From a virus: a DNA stretch of 42,539 nucleotides. The position numbers and the translations under genes were made by a program. Each line of letters opens with the position of its first letter. Positions within the stretch are counted from its first letter, which is position 1. The stretch spans positions 156,596 through 199,134 of the IMG/VR virus record IMGVR_UViG_3300035210_000132. The stretch is one strand, 5' to 3'. This document shows, in pieces, positions 17,818 through 24,671 of the stretch. The notes under the pieces were generated by a model, which worked only from the letters and a program-made list of their open reading frames with translations, made no database searches and had not been told where the DNA came from.

Positions 17818-20800
17818 CTAGGCTGCCTCAAGAACTGCGCCCATCTGGGCCAGGGACGCCACCACACCGGCATTGGAGAGGTGCAGGTCCCTATCAGTGT
17901 ATGCCCCTGCTAGATACGCAAGCGAATCGGGGCCGAGTACGCTTGCTGACGAGACCTTGTCGATCCCACAGGCGAAGGCCTCTGCCAGGCTCCCTCCAAA
18001 AAAATTAGAGCAGAGCTGGGGATCGGAGGTCAGGAACAGCGAAATCTGGTTGGCCTTCTTGAGAAGAGCGCGACGGTAGCCGTTGTAGGCTGCCGCCAGC
18101 TTCTTCATGATCGGAGTGTCTGAGGTGTGCGGGGAAGGCTTACTAGCATGCCTTAGCTTGGAGGATCGAGCCCGAAGTGGTCCTTCGGCAGCGCTGCGAT
18201 CTCTACCAAAACCTAGGGAGGTTAGCAGGCTCTTCAGTCTTTGATCGACATGCTTGGCCCCGACGGGGATGGCATCGTCGACTTCGTCGGAGGGCCCGAA
18301 GGTCATGTGCTTGCGATCCAGGTCATCTGCTAGCTGCCGGTCACCCATCTGGATCAGGACAATCCGCTGAAACTCACGAGGCTTCAAAACGATACCCATC
18401 ATACCTGTGGTCGAGCAGGCTGTGCCAAGAGGTAATTTGCCCATTCGATCAAGCACGTCATTGGGTAGGTCGCGTTCTGAGCTTTCTAGCCGAGGCAGGG
18501 TCTTTTTGGTAAAGGGACCTGCTGGTATATCTTTAAGTATCTCGCTGAGCTTCTTGTGGGAAGCGTATTTTTCCGGAGTAATCCCAAAGATCGCCGAAGC
18601 TTCCTTCTCTAAGGAAGGAGCAGGCTTCTTCTCTTTGCCATCGCCGTTGTCCCCAAAGAGAGCTTGTAGGGCAGAAACCTCGACTTCATGAATCTCCCCG
18701 AAGTGCTCCTTGGCCCCTCCCATATGATGATCATAGGAGGCCCTAGCAGCAGCTTCCGAGGGATAGCCGATCATCACCTTGTTCTCATCGAAGGAGCCGT
18801 CCTTCTTGAGCTGCTTGATGACGTAGGCCTTCTTGGCGCTCTTGTCGGGGCCCAGGTAGACGTCGATCTCTTCACCATCGGCGTCCTTGGTTCCGGGGAT
18901 GTAGCCGTAGTGCGCCTTCATGAAGCGCTTGTACTTGACGACGCCGTTCTTCTTGTACTGCCGGGTCTCGCCCTTTTTCCACTCGATGTGGATGGGGACG
19001 TCCTGGTGTAACACCTTCTCCTTGATGGGGTCGTTGGCCGTTTTCTCCTTGCGGGTGGCCTTCTGCCGATCTCGATCCTGCTTCTCCTTCAGCTTCTGCG
19101 GATGGTCCTGGAAGTACTGGAGCATGTCCCCACAGGCCAGCTTGGCCATCTGGACAGCCTGCTGGAGAGCTGATCCAAGTTTCTCTGCCTGTCCCGAGGC
19201 ATCGATGTTGCGCTCTGGTTCGGCATCAGGGGTGCTGGTGCTCTTCTCGTACTCGGTGTAGAGCTTCTTGGTGCTCTTCTTTTTCTTCTCTTCGTCGCCC
19301 ATGAGCTCTTGCTTCATGCTCTGGAAAAGCGACGCAACTTTGGGTAGCCCCCCAACAGGAGGAGGAACACCTTCCCCGCGCAGTACGTTGGGACCTCTCA
19401 CCCGTTGAAATCGGAAGGGGTTGGCGAGGGGCTTGTACTCCGAGAGAGCTGGGGGAATCGCCGGAGCGTCAACTACCTTCTCATAGAAAGGGGAGTCGCT
19501 GACAGCACTCGTGCCTTGTCCCCTATACGGCCGAGGAAGCTCGGCGTGACCTCTTGGATCAACGGCTATGTGGTGTGTCCAGGGACCCTGCGCTCCTGGA
19601 GGGATCTTCCCTAGATCGTAGGCCCGCAGATTTTGAGGCACTACTCGTTTCTTAGCGGGCCCTACGTACCCTCCTGAGACTGAAGGGATGCCGCTGAACC
19701 ACCTAGGGCCTTCGCCAACATCGGCCCCAGGAACACTACCTCGGTACGCAAGACTCTCCGGATGAACTCCCGGGTGCTGAGCCGCCATTTCCGGAGTCAG
19801 TGTCTCAAGATTTGGAAGTTCAACCACATCGTTGGGAGAGTGCCGACCGGAGGCCATGATCTGCTCGGTTCTCGGATCTCGCGCATGCTGCACCTGAGCA
19901 AGCAGCTTCTTGTCGTACCAAGGCGCTGAGGGATAATTCGTCCTTTCGAGGGCCTCTGCTGGTCCGTAGGCGCGAGATCTCAGAAGACGGACAGTGGCGT
20001 CACTATGATCCCTTACGTACTCAGGGTAAGCAACGTTGGTAGCCGGGGAGAGCATCCGGTTGGCAATGGCCTGGCCTTCTGGACCGGTCGAGAGAATACC
20101 CTTGATGTGCTTTGTCGCAGACGCCCCTTGACCAGGAACGGTCTTAGAGGCAGCGGCAACGATGCGAGCCATCTGCTTCTGCCCTACAGCGGCCTTCAGA
20201 ATCGAGGCGTACTTCGTGGAAGGCGCTACAGTTCTGTAGTCATGGGTCTGAGTCAGAGGACCTGCCCCAGCACGATCTAGGTACGGAGGCTTAGAGACAA
20301 CTGCCCTACGTACAGTAGAAAGAGGCGAGGAGATAGCGCCAGGAGCTTTAACTGCAGGCAGAACCGCCGTCGTGGCTCCAGGAGAAGCAGGGCGCCAAGG
20401 AATAGAGGCAAGCTTCGCCATCACCTTGGCGGTCTTGTCTGCACCGATGAAGACGAAGGAGATGTCGAAGAACTTGGGGGTATCGTTCCTGACTCCGACC
20501 TTGCGTCCATCCGGGAGGATCTTGTTCATCATCGACTTCGCATGACTACAATAGTCACTGCGAGTCCTAGACTTGTTCTCACAGATGGTGCAAACGTCGT
20601 AGGGCACTTTGCAGCCCATCGACACGTCTGGATACTCGCCGTTCTCGATGCGCTCGATGAGATCGTAGGCGTCGAACTTCTTGCAGAGGGCCCTATCCAG
20701 GTAGATGACGAGCTCCACCCGGTGCATCTTCGGATTCCAGACAGCCAGCTCAACCCTACCAAAGGCCTTCGATGGATCCTTGTTGCTATGGTGCTTGTAA

Positions 20801-21159
20801 GGGAAGGCGTTCATGAAAGTGGGGAAGCCATAGTCCCACCGCTTGCCTACTTCGCGCATCTCCTCAGGAGAGAGCTGGTTCCAGTTGGGAGGCGCATGGA
20901 GAAGCGACTTCTCGGTAAAGATGTCCCCGTTGACGTTCTGGCCCCAGTACTCCGAGGCTCCCATGGCGTTGACGAGGACATAGATCCCTGCTGGCGTAGG
21001 ACGAACCGTACCTACAAAGTCCTGCACTGCGGGGTGTAGCTTCGAGCGCATCTCTTGAGAGGCAGCAGTCTTCTCGAGACCTTTGCCCACGAAGAGAGGA
21101 AGGCAGTTGATGTGCCCCTGCTCGTCAATACCCTTGAAGTGGCAGTACTTGATCATCAT
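17818..21159 (-). CDS. Large multidomain morphogenesis protein (1113 aa). The N-terminal ~250 aa resemble an HK97-family prohead serine protease. The remainder is uncharacterised and includes a lysine-rich linker and a segment VPIHIEWKKGETRQYKKNGVVKYKRFMKAHYGYIPGTKDADGEEIDVYLG.
   Basis: The N-terminus (...FPYKHHSNKDPSKAFGRVELAV...DVSMGCKVPYDVCTIC...) matches the recalled S78 pattern: a His in a nHd....iGkV context and a Ser in an SxG context. Translationally coupled to the upstream gene with a 9-nt gap. Confidence 0.4.
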   Translation of the reverse strand: MMIKYCHFKGIDEQGHINCLPLFVGKGLEKTAASQEMRSKLHPAVQDFVGTVRPTPAGIYVLVNAMGASEYWGQNVNGDIFTEKSLLHAPPNWNQLSPEEMREVGKRWDYGFPTFMNAFPYKHHSNKDPSKAFGRVELAVWNPKMHRVELVIYLDRALCKKFDAYDLIERIENGEYPDVSMGCKVPYDVCTICENKSRTRSDYCSHAKSMMNKILPDGRKVGVRNDTPKFFDISFVFIGADKTAKVMAKLASIPWRPASPGATTAVLPAVKAPGAISSPLSTVRRAVVSKPPYLDRAGAGPLTQTHDYRTVAPSTKYASILKAAVGQKQMARIVAAASKTVPGQGASATKHIKGILSTGPEGQAIANRMLSPATNVAYPEYVRDHSDATVRLLRSRAYGPAEALERTNYPSAPWYDKKLLAQVQHARDPRTEQIMASGRHSPNDVVELPNLETLTPEMAAQHPGVHPESLAYRGSVPGADVGEGPRWFSGIPSVSGGYVGPAKKRVVPQNLRAYDLGKIPPGAQGPWTHHIAVDPRGHAELPRPYRGQGTSAVSDSPFYEKVVDAPAIPPALSEYKPLANPFRFQRVRGPNVLRGEGVPPPVGGLPKVASLFQSMKQELMGDEEKKKKSTKKLYTEYEKSTSTPDAEPERNIDASGQAEKLGSALQQAVQMAKLACGDMLQYFQDHPQKLKEKQDRDRQKATRKEKTANDPIKEKVLHQDVPIHIEWKKGETRQYKKNGVVKYKRFMKAHYGYIPGTKDADGEEIDVYLGPDKSAKKAYVIKQLKKDGSFDENKVMIGYPSEAAARASYDHHMGGAKEHFGEIHEVEVSALQALFGDNGDGKEKKPAPSLEKEASAIFGITPEKYASHKKLSEILKDIPAGPFTKKTLPRLESSERDLPNDVLDRMGKLPLGTACSTTGMMGIVLKPREFQRIVLIQMGDRQLADDLDRKHMTFGPSDEVDDAIPVGAKHVDQRLKSLLTSLGFGRDRSAAEGPLRARSSKLRHASKPSPHTSDTPIMKKLAAAYNGYRRALLKKANQISLFLTSDPQLCSNFFGGSLAEAFACGIDKVSSASVLGPDSLAYLAGAYTDRDLHLSNAGVVASLAQMGAVLEAA

Positions 21160-21168
21160 TGTAGGAGG

Positions 21169-22272
21169 CTAACGCTGCCCTTTACGAAAACGTCCGAAAG
21201 TGGGGCCTTTAGTGGCTCCGCCACCAAAATGAGTTGACCCCCTTGAAGCTGAGATACCGGGCCCAGGGTTATAGCCCAACTCTCTCTCCCGCTTCGTGAT
21301 ATCCAAGGCACGGAGGACACTTCGGTACTTTTCCTCTGCCATGTCTCTCTCTTCCTGAGTTTTAGCCCGCTCCAGGTCATCTTTAGCTTTAGCAGCCTGA
21401 GCACTAAACAAGCCTTTCTGCTCAGTTTGATGGTCAGGCTTTCCCCGGGCTGCTGAAAGATCGAATTCATGAAGTGCGGCCCGGCGTTTCTCTTCTTCGC
21501 CCTTCCAGCCGTGCTCAGTAACCTTACGGGCCTCTTCACCAGGAGCGTAACCATACTCCTGCTTCATCTTGTTGATCTGGAGCTGCTTGTGCTCCTTCTC
21601 GGCGTCGGTCTCCCACGGACGGGAGATGGCCTGGAGCTTCTTGGCGTCCGTCAAGTTCTTGCGAGCACCCACCAGATCAGTGAGTTGCTTGAGATCGAAC
21701 TCGCCCAGCGAGGCTTGTCTGCGTACGAAGGACCCAGCAACCGTCGGATCCCCAGCGAACTCGGGGTTGAACTTGTGGAGAGCCGCGAAGGCGTTCTGCA
21801 CTTCCTTGGGCTTGAGATCCTTTAGGTCAGGATTCTCCTTCATCATGTTCTTGAAGTTGTAGCTCTTGGTGATGCCCCGCTTGGCGACATCGTAGAGATC
21901 ACCAGCGAGCGACATGGCCATGCCGGTCAGGGCCGTGCCCCCGACAGCACCAGCAGCACCAAAGAAGCCGGCTTTCTTGATGAGGTGATCCATCTCCTGA
22001 GCCACTTCGGTGCGAAAGGGGCTGGTCCTGATCACCTCGGCAGCTTTGACGAGGAACTGGTACTTGTCAGGAGCCACTTGGGCCACTTTGTTCATCATGC
22101 TGTTTTCCACCGCTTGGCTCCCGCCTGGATAAAACCCAGCTTCATTGTCTGGGACTTTGTCGAGCCCCTTCTTCACACGGTATACGCCATCTGCAGCCAG
22201 CCCTCCCGCCAACATACGCTTGGCAGGGATCTGGGAGAGGCCTTGTTGGATGAGGCTCTGCGTTCCAGCCAT
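21169..22272 (-). CDS. Hypothetical protein (367 aa) with a Gly-zipper segment (GFFGAAGAVGGTALTGMAMSLAG) and a charged coiled-coil C-terminus.
   Basis: Complete ORF, 3 nt downstream of the upstream stop. Confidence 0.5.
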   Translation of the reverse strand: MAGTQSLIQQGLSQIPAKRMLAGGLAADGVYRVKKGLDKVPDNEAGFYPGGSQAVENSMMNKVAQVAPDKYQFLVKAAEVIRTSPFRTEVAQEMDHLIKKAGFFGAAGAVGGTALTGMAMSLAGDLYDVAKRGITKSYNFKNMMKENPDLKDLKPKEVQNAFAALHKFNPEFAGDPTVAGSFVRRQASLGEFDLKQLTDLVGARKNLTDAKKLQAISRPWETDAEKEHKQLQINKMKQEYGYAPGEEARKVTEHGWKGEEEKRRAALHEFDLSAARGKPDHQTEQKGLFSAQAAKAKDDLERAKTQEERDMAEEKYRSVLRALDITKRERELGYNPGPGISASRGSTHFGGGATKGPTFGRFRKGQR

Positions 22273-22274
22273 GG

Positions 22275-23279
22275 CTAGGCTTTCGGCCTACCAGGAGAGA
22301 ACCGCTTACCTCTTCCTGTGACTAGCTTCTTGAGCTGAGAAGTGATGGCGCCAGATTTCTTGCCTGCAGAACGAAGGATCCCGGAAGTCTTGGTGAGCTC
22401 TTCCTCTACTTCGTCTAGAGCCGTACGGGCACGAAGCACTTCCTGAGCGGCCTTCTGCATGCCGGCCCAAGCCTGGATGAGAGGGTGCCGTAGATTAACC
22501 AGCCTCCCTGCCGTCTTGGTCATCGAGGTCTTGAGCAGCTCGGGACCCAGTTCCACAGACAAGCGCTTGGTGATGGGAAGTAAGACTGCTGCCAGGACCG
22601 TGCGGCTGGCAACTTTGTCTAGAGCTCCAACCACACCACTTAGACCAGCCCCTTCGGGGCGCAGGATCTCCTGGGAAACCAGACGGTAGAAGTCGCCCTT
22701 GGCCCCTTCTAGGACACCAGAGAAACTCTCGTGGGCTTCTGCAAGCTTCTCCTTGGTGGCCCGAAGCTTGAGGTGGGTATCGAAGACATCGTCGATCGGG
22801 TCGGTGTGGAGGGTGTGGTGTACCGAAGCGTTCTTCTCTTGTCCTGTGACTCCGCCTTCGGCGTTGACGGCAAATTGATCATTGAACTGCTGCTGCGCGT
22901 CATCAGGGAAGGCCGACTCTTTGGGCTCGGCACGGTAGTCCGACATGCCGCTGCTCAGAGGCTTGCCATCGTGCCCAGGAGAACCCCCATCTTTCAGGTC
23001 TCGCAGTACTACCCCTGGATCTGCGACATCGAAGTGGATATTCTTGTCCTCACTGTTCTGAAACAGGTCTTGGAAGGTGACATTGTTGGCGAACTCAACG
23101 ACCCGGCGGATGTGTTCGTTCCCAAGCTCAGGGTGCTTGGCGATGACATCTTTCACTGCTTGGTTGAGGGGGATGCCTTTTTGAAACATCTGAGCGGCTT
23201 TGTGCCCCAACATCTCGAGAACTTCAGGCTGCACTTGTGACGTTTCTGGTTGCGAGAGAAGATCCTCGAAGATGTTCAT
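22275..23279 (-). CDS. Hypothetical protein (334 aa). First gene of the leftward morphogenesis operon.
   Basis: Complete ORF. GGAGG about 11 nt upstream of the ATG at 23279. Diverges from the plus-strand HTH gene. Confidence 0.5.
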   Translation of the reverse strand: MNIFEDLLSQPETSQVQPEVLEMLGHKAAQMFQKGIPLNQAVKDVIAKHPELGNEHIRRVVEFANNVTFQDLFQNSEDKNIHFDVADPGVVLRDLKDGGSPGHDGKPLSSGMSDYRAEPKESAFPDDAQQQFNDQFAVNAEGGVTGQEKNASVHHTLHTDPIDDVFDTHLKLRATKEKLAEAHESFSGVLEGAKGDFYRLVSQEILRPEGAGLSGVVGALDKVASRTVLAAVLLPITKRLSVELGPELLKTSMTKTAGRLVNLRHPLIQAWAGMQKAAQEVLRARTALDEVEEELTKTSGILRSAGKKSGAITSQLKKLVTGRGKRFSPGRPKA

Positions 23280-23280
23280 G

Positions 23281-23344
23281 AGGGTAGAGCCTCCAGGGTA
23301 TACCCTAGCCTAAGAGGCTGGGAAGACTATGGGAAGTACAATCG
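23281..23344. promoter_or_regulatory. Divergent control region (65 nt) containing a 12-bp perfect palindrome AGGGTATACCCT (23295-23306), a second AGGGTA copy at 23281, and AGCCT-aag-AGGCT (23307-23319). Candidate operator.
   Basis: Palindromes read directly between divergent gene starts. The adjacent plus gene encodes an HTH protein. Confidence 0.4.
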
Positions 23345-24010
23345 ATGAGTAACTACATCACGAAAGAGAAAGCTGCAGAGATCCTCGACTGTTCGATCAA
23401 ATCCGTGTACCGCTACGCCAAGCGGGGCTTGATACGCACAAAGTACGAGGGGAAGAAGTTTTTTGTCAGTGAGGAGGATCTACACTCTCTGACCAAGGGG
23501 CGCAGGGATGTGATGAATTCCCCCTACACAAGGGATGTCATCAACATGCTAGTCCTGGACATGCAGACGGTGAAAACGCAGATGGCCACCGTGCTACGCA
23601 TCCTGAACATCAACTATGTGCCTTTGGGGTTGAGCGAGCACGAGTACCTGAACTTCTACCAGAGCGCCATACAGATGAGCACGGAAGGCTGGTCACCTCA
23701 TGTCGAGGACCAGTGGGCGGACTACTTTGTCCGGCTAAAGATAGAGGACTTGAACTCTATGGAGCGCATTACGGGGGATGAGCATCCCTGGAGACCTATT
23801 TTGAAGCTGGCTGCTAGTATGCACCTTCGTCCCTGGAACACAAGGCTGCGGGATCTCCTGGGATCGGGTAGGAGCAACGTCCATCAGGTGGCAGGAATGT
23901 GGTCAGTTCTTAAAGAACGCAGCCAGAAAGAGTTCCATATGCTCGTAGATCGAGATTCTGCCCCCTCGAGAAAGCTCATCAGGAAGCTAGCCAAGGACCA
24001 GGATCAGTAG
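23345..24010 (+). CDS. DNA-binding protein (221 aa) with an N-terminal excisionase/MerR-type helix-turn-helix and an uncharacterised C-terminal domain. Candidate regulator or small-terminase-like protein.
   Basis: The N-terminus ITKEKAAEILDCSIKSVYRYAKRGLIRTKYEGKKFFVSEEDL matches the HTH_17/Xis-family pattern. The gene looks AT-richer than the flanking operons. Confidence 0.6.
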   Translation: MSNYITKEKAAEILDCSIKSVYRYAKRGLIRTKYEGKKFFVSEEDLHSLTKGRRDVMNSPYTRDVINMLVLDMQTVKTQMATVLRILNINYVPLGLSEHEYLNFYQSAIQMSTEGWSPHVEDQWADYFVRLKIEDLNSMERITGDEHPWRPILKLAASMHLRPWNTRLRDLLGSGRSNVHQVAGMWSVLKERSQKEFHMLVDRDSAPSRKLIRKLAKDQDQ

Positions 24011-24049
24011 GCTAAAAATAGGCCAAAAAGGAGGATATAAGAAGATTGA

Positions 24050-24616
24050 GTGGATACAGACGTGTATCTGCGAAACCCCCTCTCTGGAGGCCTCATGGAT
24101 CACCATGTCCCGAGTGTCAATAGTGACCAGACACCCCAAACCCCCCAAACCCCTCTGCCCACTGCGGCAAACCCGTTCACCGAGCTGAGCCAGAATCTGG
24201 CGAACCTGGCGGCCCAGGTGGCCCGGCAGCACCAGGACTTCTCTGTGCTGAAGGGCTTTGTCGAGGCGCTGGCCAAGAACCAGCAGGCTGCCCCGGCTCC
24301 GGCTCCGGCCCCGGCTCCGGTCCTCGACGAGGCGCGCATCCGCGCCATCGCCGGAGCGGAAGTGGAGCTGAGGATCGGAAACCTCGACCGGCGCATCAAG
24401 GACGAGGTGGGAGCCGAGATGGTCAACCTGAAGGTTGACCTGCACCGGTACACGGACAAGGAGTTGGACCGCAGGCTCGAACAGCTGCGGTCGATGGTCG
24501 CCCAGGAGGGGCAGCACCCGGGGTTCTGGGACTCGGCCGTGCAAGGGTCGGGGTTCCTGTTCCCCATCGCCCTCGGCGGCGGTGCGGCGTACGCTGTCAA
24601 GAAGATCTTCTTCTAG
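24050..24616 (+). CDS. Tail-anchored membrane protein (188 aa by the GTG start; alternative ATG at 24095). Q/T/P-rich N-terminus, (PA)n linker, coiled-coil, C-terminal transmembrane helix GFLFPIALGGGAAYAVKKIFF.
   Basis: C-terminal hydrophobic helix followed by KKIFF-stop was read directly. AGGAGG lies upstream at 24029-24034. Contains a (CCGGCT)5 hexamer tract. Confidence 0.55.
   Translation: MDTDVYLRNPLSGGLMDHHVPSVNSDQTPQTPQTPLPTAANPFTELSQNLANLAAQVARQHQDFSVLKGFVEALAKNQQAAPAPAPAPAPVLDEARIRAIAGAEVELRIGNLDRRIKDEVGAEMVNLKVDLHRYTDKELDRRLEQLRSMVAQEGQHPGFWDSAVQGSGFLFPIALGGGAAYAVKKIFF
24292..24321. repeat. Imperfect hexanucleotide tandem repeat (CCGGCT)x5 encoding PAPAPAPAPV.
   Basis: Read directly as ccggct ccggct ccggcc ccggct ccggtc. 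Confidence 0.7.
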
Positions 24617-24636
24617 ACCGGCCTAAAGCACTTCGT

Positions 24637-24671
24637 AAAGGGGCCCGGCAATATGCTGGGTCCCTTTTTTT
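24637..24671. terminator. Bidirectional rho-independent terminator between the convergent membrane-protein gene and the terminase gene.
   Basis: AAAGGGGCCC...GGGTCCCTTT stem with one G:U wobble, followed by TTTTTTT. The A tract upstream makes it symmetric. The terminase stop codon (24670-24672) overlaps the T tract. Confidence 0.6.

Noticed and set aside
24292-24321. Hexamer tandem repeat considered as a possible CRISPR or mini-satellite
   Set aside because: Units are contiguous 6-mers with no spacers and lie inside a coding region encoding a (PA)n linker. Not a CRISPR array.
24100-24600. 166-aa minus-strand ORF
   Set aside because: Antisense to the plus-strand membrane-protein gene. The (GA)n run is just the reverse frame of the (PA)n hexamer repeat.
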